A stretch of 63,476 nucleotides of DNA, counting the filler, from Hyphochytrium catenoides (taxonomy: Eukaryota > Protista > Hyphochytriomycota), in NCBI GenBank assembly GCA_900088475.1. It is 5 parts of 5 records of this genome, joined end to end, with 100 filler letters (N's around TTAATTAATTAA, not from the genome) between each part and the next. Parts side by side here need not be neighbours in the genome. Positions count along the whole stretch, not along the records: positions 46,503 to 61,288 come from FLMG01000905.1; positions 61,389 to 63,476 come from FLMG01000062.1; 3 more parts are not named here. The stretch is one strand, 5' to 3'. Shown one piece after another: positions 50,101 to 61,471 of the stretch (within the stretch, counting starts at the first letter, position 1; each line of letters opens with the position of its first letter). A program made the translations under genes and the position numbers. Under the pieces are notes generated by a model. That model saw only the letters and a program-made list of their open reading frames with translations, made no database searches and was not told where the DNA came from.

Positions 50101-51051
50101 GAAATCGATTGCCCATCGAAGCTTGCAAGTGGCAAGAGTTAGTACAGGTGATGAAGTCCTCTCATTGTCTGTTTAGCGATGTTGCCCTATTTAGTCCGAT
50201 GGCAATGGGAGAAATAGCGGCTTTCCTGGATTGCTTCTTATCAGTTGGTCCGGGTCGACTCTTCTTGATTTTAGATATTTCAAACTCTCTTGACAATGGT
50301 GTCAAGCTTAGTGAGAGAGTGGGCCCATTCAGGGTTGCCTCTGCATCAAATGTTTTCTTCCAGGAAGAGCGCCGTGTCTATAGCCATGTAAACCTTATGT
50401 CTTTTTCTTCCAGGAAGAGCGCCGGTAGCATCTAACCGGGGCGCTTCAAACAGTGTGTTCTTGCCTGAGGACAAGGAAGTTGCTTAAAGTCCCCTCTGAA
50501 GAGAACGTGGTGGCCGAAGAGATATTTCTTGTAGACACCAGCAAAGGTTCTTCTCGCTTCTTAAGTAGGAATGGTGGTACCTTGGAGATTTCTTCATCGA
50601 CGACATGGAGTACACAAGCAGCTTGGGCCTGCTTATGAGCCACAGCAGAGTTAACTGTAAGCATGCGGTGACTGAAAGTGTGGAGATTGTAAAGAGTACT
50701 GGAAGTTACTGCTGACGTTCGGACTCTGCACCGGAAGTCTCTCGCGCACTGTCTCTGCACTAGACCGTGCTGGTCTTCTGCGTTAGACNNNNNNNNNNNN
50801 NNNNNNNNNNNNNNNNNNNNNNNNNNNNNNNNNNNNNNNNNNTCTTTGCATGTGTTGCTTTTTCATCGTAGAACTTGGATATAGGAAGTAGTTCAGTAGT
50901 AAGTTACCGACTTACATACGTAGTTTAGCTAGTTAGCTCTAGAAGAATCACTAGACAAGAGCTTGATGAGCACTTGGTCACTTTGATCAACTAACTCATT
51001 CATCAATCTCCTACGAAGAGCACAAGTCCAACACTACCTCTCAACGAGCAC

Positions 51052-54000
51052 TCAGCTAAAGGGATTCCTTGCCGCATGCAACGTGGTTTCCCCAACATTG
51101 AGAGCAACAGTGTTGAAGTAAGCAACTATTTCTATGGCATCCGGGCGTTCCCATTTTTCTGTCAGTGTTTCCCGTGCTCTGACCACTGCCGATTTATCTC
51201 TCCCTGGACCCCTCCTAAGAATATGGCGCCTGACTGCTCGCTTTTTTACAGCTCGCTCCGATAAGTGGCTGTCCACTTCTTGGGCGGAGCTGAGGTTGCA
51301 GAGAATTCGTTAGCCTACCGCTTGTATAGGATCTCATGCTGCAGTGCATTCATCCTGAAGGCTCTGGAGATGTTCCCGATAGTTGGGTACAACTGTATTG
51401 TCTGCGGTGAGTCTGGTGGGGTCGGTCGTGGAGGTTCCCATGGCTGTGAGTCGAGGTAGCGTCTGATGATGAGGCGTGTGGGGCGAAATGTTTGTCTCCC
51501 ATGTTGATGCTGTGGTGACATTGTAAGTGATTGTAGCCACTGGATATATTCAACGGGCGTAGGTACATGAAAGTTCGGGGTGGGCTGAGAGCAGTATGAG
51601 CGCGCCATCATTTTGAACGTTTCTAGTGGTGGGATAGTGATAGAAGAGGAGATTCGCGGTGTAGGCATTATGAGCTNNNNNNNNNNNNNNNNNNNNNNNN
51701 NNNNNNNNNNNNNNNNNNNNNNNNNNNNNNNNNNNNNNNNNNNNNNNNNNNNNNNNNNNNNNNNNNNNNNNNNNNNNNNNNNNNNNNNNNNNNNNGCTGA
51801 TTGATAAAAGGATGTTCTCGATTGACTTGATCCTCCGCATTCAGCATTTCCTTCACGTGCTAGACGACGACTCGCATGGAAATCTTTGTGCTGGTTAATA
51901 TAGTCCAGAGCTTCTGGGGTCTGCTCCCATACATCCCAAGCTTCCATCCACGAGCTACCTGGGGTGTGTAGTGATGGGGTTGGAAGAGAAATAGCATGAT
52001 GGAATAAAACACTTCGAGGTCATCCGCTGGGCAGTTCTGAGCTTCCGTATCCGATAATTCTTTCCCGACTAAGCTGCTGAGAACTCTCGGAGAGGCATTG
52101 GGTGCAATATTGTTTCCTCTGCATGGGTGGCCCTCTTCTTGGAAACGCATCATTGTTGGACGTCTGGTAGAACCTTTTACTACATGATAATCCTCGACGA
52201 ACTGTGCAAAAGAGATATCTTTAAGAGGTCCTTCTGTCGGCCGGTACCAGTGGTCAATAACGCTAGAATGAAGGTCGACTGTGGGAACAAGAATCGTCGT
52301 AAGGTACATGCACTTCCAGGACTTCTTCAGGCTCGCTCTCGTCCTGCCTTCTAAAGTGAAAGATAATCTGATAGGTAGAGACTCTCACGAAACCGTGAGA
52401 GAAGAGAAAGAAGTTGACTGGGACAGATACCAAGCTGCCATTGGACTATAAACTCTTGTTTGTTAGTGAGCCCGTAGCAATCCCTCTTGCAGGATATTTG
52501 TACTAATTGTGTCCACTTGCAAAGCTAAATGTGTGGGCGGCAGCTTGTAACTCAAGTGATTATAGCCGTCTTGTCGAGCTAGCCAGTCAATCAGCACTAG
52601 AGCACATTGGTGGTGCTCGCTACTAAAAGGACCGTGCGAGAGCCTTAACACATGAGAACCCACGCTTTAAAGGAAATAGGGTGACTGCGGCGTTCATCTG
52701 GTCCCCCTCTTCCCCACCACGGCAGTAGGGTTGGAAAGGCATTTGCCACTACTTTTTCGTCAGAATGGAGAAAGAGGAGATTAGACCTCCTGAAGACATA
52801 TATATATTCCTCCAGCCGATTCTTCTGAACTTGAACGAGACGTTATCAGAGAAGTAAAAATCTCTTCAGATGTGTGATGACCATCATTGTTGTCAGCCCT
52901 AACATCGCCATAAGTGGCTTTGGTGCAGTCCCTCAACAATGCTGGGGGGAGAGGATTCGGCTATCATTAGTGTAGTCATTGATAGTTCTACAAGAGAAGG
53001 ACGGTTGATTACGACAGAGGGGTGGTTACTGCTCTCCATAACAAAAGGTTATTACCTTCAAGACTGTATACTGATTGCGCAGCCCTAAGCGTGCATTAGG
53101 GTTAGGGTTAGGATTCGAGGATTGTTCAGCACACACAACACCGCTGTCTCTGTCTTGCTCTTTCAAATAGTGTAAGCATCCATTACTGCCTGCATCCCAG
53201 CGACATAAGGCTGCTTGGCTGCCAGCTTCTGCTCTCTTCTTTATATATAGGTATAGCTCCAGCAAGAACTACACCAATGTTTCCAACGGCACTTCCAGGT
53301 AACATTGTAGCCATGGGCCCTTTGGTGGTGTTCGTCACAACATAGCAGTCGGACCTCAATGCTTTTTCCAGTCCTGTTTCAGAACTGTTATTCGTGATCT
53401 TGTTCTTTATGGGAAAGAAGCGCCCATTCACTCATCAAAGCGCACCGTAGATATAAACACGGCTGGGGAGACTATAGACACGAGCTCTTCGTCAGTGCGG
53501 GTGAGCTCTGGTAAATCTCCTGGCCACTCTCCTATTGTCGTCAATCCATTGGCAATGGCGAGCTTCAGAGGATCATTATTATGGCTGAACATCTGTCCTG
53601 TAGATAGTGATAGCATGGATGGCACACCATGGCCTTAGTTTACCGAATTCCATCATCTCCCTCCGTTGTAAAACGCTAACAACGCATTTTCTGATTATTT
53701 TCTTGTTTCTTCAAAGCTAGGAGATATTTTAGTGATACCTCTCTTTCGATAACAAGAAGGGCTGAAGCGTGGGGTCAACCTCCGAGACGTCGTACTGGAC
53801 CAGCAATCCTTGCGGTAAATCTGATGTTGGTCGGAGGCTTTCGAACATCTGCAAGCAGTACAATGGCACTCAAACTCTTGCCTCCTGGTTAAAAGAGATT
53901 GCTTAGGCTACGTCGACTACCTGTAGTAGTTCTATATCCAAGTTGTATGCCTGACAATCTTCTGACATGCCTCTCAGACACAGAGTATCACACACTGCAC

Positions 54001-56274
54001 AACAAAGGTCTCGCAAGAGTGCCGTAAGATCCATTCTCTCTGCAATCCTATCTATATTTTGTTGGTGCTGGTCTGAGAGTGAAGACTGGCTCTTCTCCGG
54101 CAACTCCGTTACTTTCTTCCAGGTTATACCCAGCACTAATGTCAGCGTTGCTGAGGTGGCGAACGAACCCATTTACCATAATTGAACCCAATCGACAGTG
54201 TGGTCCTTCCTACCATGTGTCTTCTTCTTCGTCTTCTTCGGATGCAGAAGAGCAGACCATGCCATTTGTGTTGGATTATATGGGATGATTGGACAATGTC
54301 ATTAGATGAGAGTGCTCTACTTATAAGCCCAACTGGGGGCCCATAATCCTGAGCTATTCTGACTATGCCAACTATTCCTAATATAGTCTAAGATATGGAG
54401 TTAGAGAGATATCCCTGTCTAGAATAGTCAGTCCTGGAGGTATCCTGGGGTACTGACCATAAGCCATAGATATAAACAGGGACATTTTCCGTTACTTCAT
54501 ATCTCGGCTTCTACTGGGAGTTTAGAGCTGAAACTTGGGTAGTTAAGCTTGCCAGCTTGTAGTCCACATAGCTGTGCCCTCAGACTCCAACAATTTGATC
54601 GATGCTGTCTTCTTTGGGCACAATCACGAACTCTCTCCTGCTCTCGGTACGCTGGGTCATTGGCCCGCCGAAGCTGTCTTCTCTGGCGATCAATTTCTCT
54701 CTCTTCCTCCCACATTGTTCGTCATCAGCTCGTCAACTTTACAACCTTATCCGGTGCCGCTCTACTTCCGCTTCTTGGAATTCTCGCTCGTAGCCCTTCG
54801 ACGCTGTGTCCTTTCTCGGTTACTTTCTCGCTCTCGCTCCATAAAAACAGTATTTCTACTACGTAGACCTCCTCCTTCTTCTGGGGCGGCCAGAGACAGC
54901 AAGGTCGTCGCTGTAGTGCCCCCAGAAATTCTTCAAGACTTCATCTGCATGTGTGAGCATATATATAATCAGGCTCCCAAGACGCGTCGTGGTAAGCAAG
55001 ACCAAGCCCTCCTAAAGCTAACAAGCGTCGTAGAGAAGTCCTCTTCAGTACAGACGACCTGGTATTAGTGAAAACCACAGCACTAACTTCCCATTATGGA
55101 AAGGCCAGGCCAAGAAATAGTTGGGACAGGTATTCCTAGGGCCGTTTCCGGTCGAACGTGTACTGTCTCTCAGCTGAAACAGTACATCCCGCCCACGGAC
55201 CATCGGCAAGAACCTACCCCACCACCACCTGACATCATTGATGGTCACGAAGAATACGAGGTGGAAAGAATCCACAACACTCGTTTGCATAGACGCCGCA
55301 GACAATACTTAGTTAACTGGAAAGGTTATCTGACCAGGACGCGTCTTGGGAGCCTGATACTATGCTTACACACGCAGATGAAGTCTTGAAGGATTCCTGG
55401 GGGCACTACAGCGACCTGCTGTCTCTGGCCGCTTCAAAAGGAGGAGGTCTACGTAGAGAAGGGAAAGAGTGTAAGGAATACCTTCTGAGTTGTCCTCATA
55501 AACAGTGGGGACTCTATGATATTATGCGTCGTTAGTAAAGTTTCCCTGTGAACGCCAAGCTTTACCCTTAATTTGTCTGCTCCAGGAAGACGTCGACGCT
55601 CCATTCTCTCTCGGTTACTTTCTCTCTCCCGCTGAATATAAGCAGCATTATCTGCCCGAAGACGTGGCATTTCTTCACAATCTTGCTCTCTCTGCCAAAT
55701 TATCTCCCTCTGCTCCTCCTCATCCACTCTGCGGGGCTGTTATTCTTGGTTCATTTTTGCCCTACCGCCACCTTCGGCGACATATTTCTTCTAGCTGTTG
55801 TTATGATGAATGAGCACCACCGCCCCCTTCTTCTTCGCCGCTCTCTCAGCTGTTTCCTCCCTTCTTTGGCCCCTTCTACATTATCCATTATCCACAACAC
55901 AGTCGTTTCTTTCTGCTTCCTCATCTTCTCTCCTCTCGCCTCCCTCCACAAAGCACGGAAGTTGCTAGTCTTGCTCTTCTCTGCAAGGAAATTTCGCTGC
56001 ACACACAGACGGTCCAGACAGACACGAAACAATTGTTTTCAGGCTCCCTTTCGCCTCTTCTACTTCTCTTCTTTATCTGCCTCTTTTCCCTTCTATCTCC
56101 TCCAGCGCTTACGACGCATCTCGTCTCGCTTCGAAATGATTTAAGGGCGAGCTAACCTTACCAAGCAAAGGGCTCTTCGCTTCACCCAGCGAACAGACAC
56201 ACAAAATACGAAAAAGCCCATCTGTGCTGAAGGCCCCTCGGGGTTAAAAGTGAGGTCGCCCTTGGGATTCGCAA
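51052..56274 (-). mobile_element. Decayed autonomous Helitron/Helentron (RepHel pseudogene)
   Basis: Motifs in RepHel order on the minus strand: R/E-rich N-terminal repeats (54497-56100); CCAVCD; LAIANG..GEWPGDLPELTRTDEELVS (~53500); AFPTLLPWWGRGGPDERR..ISFKAW (~52700); PMAAWYL...SHGF (~52420); YRP..LKDISFAQFVEDY and FYSIMLFLFQP (51960-52260); degenerate Pif1 motifs GPGRDKS / AYFNTVALNVGETTLH (51052-51276). Many stops and frameshifts. Confidence 0.8.
54859..55456 (+). mobile_element. Chromovirus (Ty3/gypsy) integrase chromodomain end with PPT, partly duplicated in inverted orientation, nested in the Helitron
   Basis: PPPPDIIDGHEEYEVERIHNTRLHRRRRQYLVNWKGY..DASWEP then AAAAGGAGGAGG. 54859-54961 is the reverse complement of 55361-55456. 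Confidence 0.8.
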
Positions 56275-56508
56275 TAAATATATTCTGAAGGTTCGAAGAT
56301 GGTATAGAAGAGGTTGTCACCTTTGGGAAAAAGATTCGATTGAAAAGGGTTTTTGGTGAGATTTCTATGAAGGATGAAGAAGTAGTAGTATCTTGAAGAT
56401 TTCTACAGAGGTGGATGTCGATATCTAAAGCTTCGGTTAATGCAGATGGGTAGATGATTAGATAGGAAGAAGGACTTGGCCATGGTAAGATGAGATTTCT
56501 CCGAATGA

Positions 56509-56935
56509 TTGCGAGCCCGAAGGGCGAGCCTCAATTTCAACCCACAGGGGCTTCAGCACAAATGGACTTTTTCGTGTTGTCTGTGTGTCTGTCTGTGTGT
56601 GTGTGTGTGTGTGTTTGTGATCAAACATGTCACGCGACTCCTACAGCAGTCAAGAGTTGAGAAAGTTTCGCCATTCACTCACTCACTACTCTGCTGTAGG
56701 AAGCGTGGGTGAACGAGTAGGGAAATCCTTTAGAGAGTCTACGTAGGAAATACAGATAGAACTAGTTCTCAGTTCTAGTTCTACATGTAGAAGGAATGAA
56801 GAGTTCTTGGTGTTATTATTTGTGCAACTAAATCAGTGATCCAAGCATCTTCCACTAAAGAATAATACAGCCGAAGGCTGGATTACGCACTAATAACGTC
56901 GGGCGAGCCCTAGGCGAAGCCTAAAGCTATTGATA
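56509..56935 (+). mobile_element. Internally deleted copy of the non-autonomous hairpin-rich element (Helitron/Helentron-derived)
   Basis: Starts TTGCGAGCCCGAAGGGCGAGCC, contains (TG)n, ends GGGCGAGCCCTAGGCGAAGCCTAAAGCTATTGAT. Homologous to 58741-59243 and 59268-59993. Confidence 0.75.
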
Positions 56936-58235
56936 TAGGATAGATCTGTGTGTCATCTCCGGATCTTGGCCACGCCACGAAGCCCTCCTCACACACTCTC
57001 TGTTATCTAACGTTCAGGAGGATCAGTTCATGGAATTCTCCTCACATTCTCTTCATCATAATAAAACAACAATCGTCGTACAGGTAACGTCTAAGTCAGT
57101 GAAAGCTAGGTGTGTATTACAGAGTGACTACTGAATACGGACACTATAATAGCATTCAGTACATCCTACAAGATAAACTTCCCGCTATGGTCCTGCTGCT
57201 CTGGTGCCTGCGGCTGCGGCTGAACCTACCTATCTAGTGGGCAGAGGAAGACGCCGGAGCTACTGGTTATCACCGTCTTCAAATTTGCTACATACCTTTC
57301 TTTACCCCAAGCAGACTTACGAACAGTAACTTTGACCGTAGCCTAGGGCCTGCTCAATGATAATATTAATAGTATGTAATAATCCAGCCTTCGGCCGCAC
57401 TATTAGTTCGACGAGTGCTAGCACTAGGAAAGGTAGGGGCTGAACTAATGGCCATGATGCCCTGAGTGAGGCCCAGCTTCCCTCATCATCTCTCTCTCCT
57501 CTGCTGCTCCTGTGTTCTTCTGGAAATTCTTCTCACATCCTCTTTCCCATGTGTACCCGTAACTTCTATGTCCCTGAGAGCTAGGTGTGTATAGAGAGTG
57601 ACTACTGTACTACTGACAACGAACATTGTAGCACTCAACACTCCCCCTCCTCTGTCACTCCGAAGTTTCTTCAGTCGTAAATCAGTTTGAAGTCGCTTTA
57701 GGCGTAGACCAGTCTGTGTTTCAGCCATCTGGACGAACGTTCGCAGCGCTGCCATAACTTCACCTTTCGTCTTCAAACAGTACAAGAAGACTCTGCGAGA
57801 GTAGTCATCGACAAACACAACATAGTAGCGATAACCTTCCAAGCTGGGCACGTTGACAACCCCAACGTCGGTGTGTACAAGCTCCAGTAGTGGTTGAGTA
57901 GTTTGTCCACTAGCCTTCTTCGGAAAACGCTGTCTGGTAAGTTTTCCGATCGCACAGTTGACAGAAGTCCATTTGAGAGTTGCTTGAGAGTCGAATGCCC
58001 TTGCGGACTTAGCCAGTAGACGGACATCCGGCACGTTAGGATGTCCTCAGCGTCTGTGCCATAGAGTCATGGACTTCTGGGAGACTCCTTTTGAGGGCTG
58101 AGCGGTTGAAGTGGTGCATAAGGAGTGGTCATCCTTCTGGTGCACAGGCTCTATGGTAGTGCCAGTGGCATAGAAGAGGTTGCCAACAATCTGTGTACAC
58201 CGATGTGTGTAAAAGGCGGGTCGCTGGAGTACTTC

Positions 58236-58490
58236 TGTTAAACTGTGATCAACGTTAAAACCAAAAGTGTACAGCGGACGACGCAGAGGGGAAGAACCCC
58301 TGGTATGTAAACAAAAACGGAGATTAGTCAAAGAGTACGTTTGGTGTATGGTGCATACTGGCTAGGGTGTCGGCATCAAAGACAGAGGTCCTGGGTTCGA
58401 ATCCCGGAGCGTACAAAACTTTTCTCCGGTATATCCAGACACCCCCCAATATTAATTTAAGTGCTCACCATCCAATGATAAAATCTAACA
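58236..58490. mobile_element. Solo LTR (255 bp) inserted in the copia pol
   Basis: TGTTA...TAACA termini flanked by a 4-bp CTTC duplication (58232-58235 / 58491-58494). Removing it restores the frame DRQDWWK|YSSDPPFTHIG. Confidence 0.8.
58335..58415 (+). pseudogene. tRNA-like sequence (A/B-box Pol III cassette) inside the solo LTR
   Basis: Acceptor stem GTACGTT/AGCGTAC, A-box-like TGGTGTATGG, T-arm CTGGG-TTCGAAT-CCCGG. The anticodon arm is irregular. Confidence 0.7.
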
Positions 58491-58740
58491 CTTCCACCAA
58501 TCCTGTCGGTCCTCCGGAGCAAGATAGTAGACTTTCCCTTCGTCTTGAAAAAGGATATGACCACCCTTCTTGACTTCTTGAGAGATCGAGAGCAAATGTT
58601 TAGGGAAGCCGGGAACATAAAGTACGTCCGTAAATGCTAAGACGTTCCCACTTTGTAGCCGGAGATCGATCCGGCCTTTACCGACAGCACACAAAGGCCG
58701 TTTGTCCGCAGTATAGAGCGTGAGTGGTGCGATATCTTGA

Positions 58741-59993
58741 TTGCGAGCCCGAAGGGTGAGCCTCAACTTCAACCCACAGGGGCTTCAGCACAAATGGACT
58801 TTTTGGTGTTTTGTGTGCCTGTGTGTGTGTGTGTGTGTTTGTGATCAAAATTTCACTATTTGCTTTTTCACTAATCACTGTTTGGGCTTTTTCTTTGGGT
58901 TTGGGTCTTTGTTTGTGTATTTTGGAGATATAAAAGGGATCAGAGAAGAAGCGAAAGGGTTTGTATGAACATAAGTCGAATTTGTAACGCGAGACGTATC
59001 ACTATAAACCGAGACACTTCGCGTGAGTCCAGGCGAAATTGTGCTGTAGCCTCATTTTACCTGAGACGCATCACCTGCTATCCTGTCTTTTTAGCGGTAG
59101 GAGCGAGCTGAGGGTGGAGGTGACAGGTCACGCGACTCCTGCAGCAGTCGAGAGTTGAGAAAGTTTCGTCATTAACTCACTCACTCACTCACTATTCTCC
59201 TGTAGAGAGCGTGGGTGAACGAGTAGGGAGATACTTCTTTAGAGAGTGGGCCTGGCCTATCTAAATCAATAGCTTTAGGCTTCGCCGGCCTAGGGCTCGC
59301 CCGACGTTACTAGTGCGTAATCCAGCCTTCGGCTGTATTATTAGTGGAAGATGCTTGGATCACTCCTTTACTTGTAATACCAGGAGCTCTTCATTCATTC
59401 TACTACATGTAGAACTAGAACTGAGAATGACCTGGGAGTTCTATCTGTATTTCTTCCTAGGTAGACTTTCTAAAGGATCTCCCTACTCGTTCACCCACGC
59501 TTCCTACAGCAGCGTAGTGAGTGAGTGCGTGAGTAAGTGAGTGAGTGAGTGAGTGAGCGAGTGAGTGATGAGTGAATGAGTGAGTCTCAGCTCTTGACTG
59601 CTACAGGAGTCGCGTGACATGTCACCGCCACCCTCAGCTCCTACAGCGAGCTAAACATACAGGATTGTAGGTGATGCGTCTCAGCAGGTAAAGTGAGGGT
59701 ACAACATTCGCGTGGACGCACGCGATGTGTCTCTGTTTATGGTGATACGTCTCGCGTTACAAATTCGAGTTATGTTCATAAAAGCCCTTTCGCTTTATCT
59801 CTGTCCCCTTTCATATCACCAAAGTACACAAAGAGCCAACCCAAAGAAAAAGCCCAAACAGTGATTAGTGAAAAACCAAATAGTGAAATTCTGATCACAA
59901 ACACACAGACAGACACACAGACAACACGAAAAAGTCCATTTGTGCTGAAGCCCCTGTGGGTTGAAATTGAGGCTCGCCCTTCGGGCTCGCAAT
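58741..59993. mobile_element. Two inverted copies of the non-autonomous element (truncated 58741-59243 on +; near full-length 59268-59993 on -) forming a ~1.25-kb foldback
   Basis: ttgcgagcccgaagggtgagcctcaacttcaacccacagggg... versus ...cccctgtgggttgaaattgaggctcgcccttcgggctcgcaa. Internal (TG)n and (GAGT)n tracts. A further 3'-end copy lies at 60060-60157. Confidence 0.85.
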
Positions 59994-60415
59994 AATATCG
60001 ATAGAAGAAATGACCCTACAAGTTAGTAGTGTTACGAGTACAAGAACTTGTACGACTAAATCAGTGGCCCAACAAGCATCTTACACTATTAATGCCCAAG
60101 GCTGGATTACGCACTATTAACGTCGGGCGAGCCCTAGGCGGAGCCTAAAGCTATTGATACTCGCGGAACCAGCTCTTTCCACCAGTGACGTGATCAGACG
60201 CGCCACTATCAAATAATCCATTGTTGCGTTCGCGAGCAGTTGAGAATAGTATGATGAACTTTACAGAGCTGGGTGGCAATGCCTGAAGCTTCTGTATGAG
60301 CACAATCTAGATGAAACGATAACAAAGGGACTTGGTATTGATGTGTGATGGAGATTTCTCTGAATGATCACACAGTCCTGAGAGCCTGCTGGTCGGGACT
60401 CGAGATCTTTTGCTC

Positions 60416-61288
60416 GGCCCAGCTTCTTCCCTCATCATCTCTCTCTCCTCCTGTGCTGCTCCTGTGTTCTTCTGGAAATTCTTCTCACATCCCTCTTTCC
60501 CATAACACAGGTGTACCCGTAACGTCTATGTCCCTGAGAGCTAGGTGTGTATAGAGTGTGACTACTGTACTACTGACAACGAACATTGTAGCACTCAATA
60601 CTCCCCCTCATTCCTAGCTTCTCTGGATCATCAGTGGTGAGGGTCGAATTAACTCACCCAATTGTCGGTCTCACTCACTCTCTCCCCCTCAGACGAAGCT
60701 AGGTGGGTAGTGGCAAGGGTACTGACACTAGGAGGGAGAACTCCAAGGTGAGGAGGCAGTGTCCGAAAGAGAGGTGCGGGTAAAGGCTTGGTGAGGCAAT
60801 CGGCCACCATAGCTGTAGAGGGAGTATAGGCCAGCTTAATTTTCCCATTGGCGACCTTCTTCTTCTCTTGCAGGACACAGTGCTTGACATCTAGAGTCTT
60901 TGACTTTGGTCGTGAGGAGGAGCAGAGGACAATTGCGCTTTGGTTGTCCTTATTTATATGGATGGGCAGCTGGTTGGAGAAGCCAAGCTCGCCAAGGAAC
61001 ACACCGAAGTGCTCTGCGACCTGGCTTGCGGACCAAAGAGAGACGCACTCCGCTTCCGTGGTTGACGACGCTCTGAGAGATTGTTTCTTTGACTTCCATG
61101 CAAAAGCACCTCCGTTGAGGCTCAAGAAATAGCCGGTGATAGACTTGCGGTCAGTTGGGTCACTAGCCCAATCAGCATCAGCCTGGACAGAGGGTTGAAT
61201 AGGGGTATCTCCCCCTAGACACAAGGAGTAGTCTTGGTGGGTGGCCTTCAGGTAGGTGAAGATACGTTTGACAGCCTCCCAGTGAACG
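60416..61288 (-). mobile_element. Ty1/copia RT end / RNase H remnant with PPT and 3' LTR fragment
   Basis: HWEAVKRIFTYLK; ADADWASDPTDRKSITGY; WKSKKQ; SSTTEAE; DNQSAI; MVADCLTKPL. LTR 60416-60600 is a direct repeat of 57470-57640. Confidence 0.92.
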
Positions 61289-61388
61289 NNNNNNNNNNNN
61301 NNNNNNNNNNNNNNNNNNNNNNNNNNNNNNNNTTAATTAATTAANNNNNNNNNNNNNNNNNNNNNNNNNNNNNNNNNNNNNNNNNNNN
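61289..61388. other. Artificial contig linker
   Basis: N44-TTAATTAATTAA-N44. Confidence 0.97.
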
Positions 61389-61471
61389 TTCTTGTGGCAA
61401 TGATCATCTAAGGCAGCTGGCAAGCTATGCTTTTTGAGCCGCCCCTCTGGCACGTAGGCTACTAGACAAGA

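Larger units (their letters stand above)
57470..58740 (-). mobile_element. Ty1/copia pol remnant (protease, GAG-pre-integrase, integrase N-half) joined to a 3' LTR
   Basis: DVLYVPGFPKHLLSISQ; LWHRR*GH; CAIGKLTR..F; LELVHTDV; YYVVFVDDYSR; LRSDRGG; then GAGGGGGAG|TGTTGAGTGC, the LTR start at 57640. Confidence 0.9.

Noticed and set aside
53096-53112. TTAGGG x ~3, telomere-like
   Set aside because: Too short, and internal to a decayed Helitron.
58335-58415. Functional tRNA (TCA in the loop suggesting Sec or an opal suppressor)
   Set aside because: The anticodon stem-loop is irregular (no U33, 9-nt loop), there is no long variable arm, and it lies within an LTR.
59944-59968. CTGAAG-hairpin-GAAA resembling a Penelope-type hammerhead ribozyme
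   Set aside because: The core is not CUGANGA, and the diverged copy at ~56227 has TAAAA in place of GAAA.
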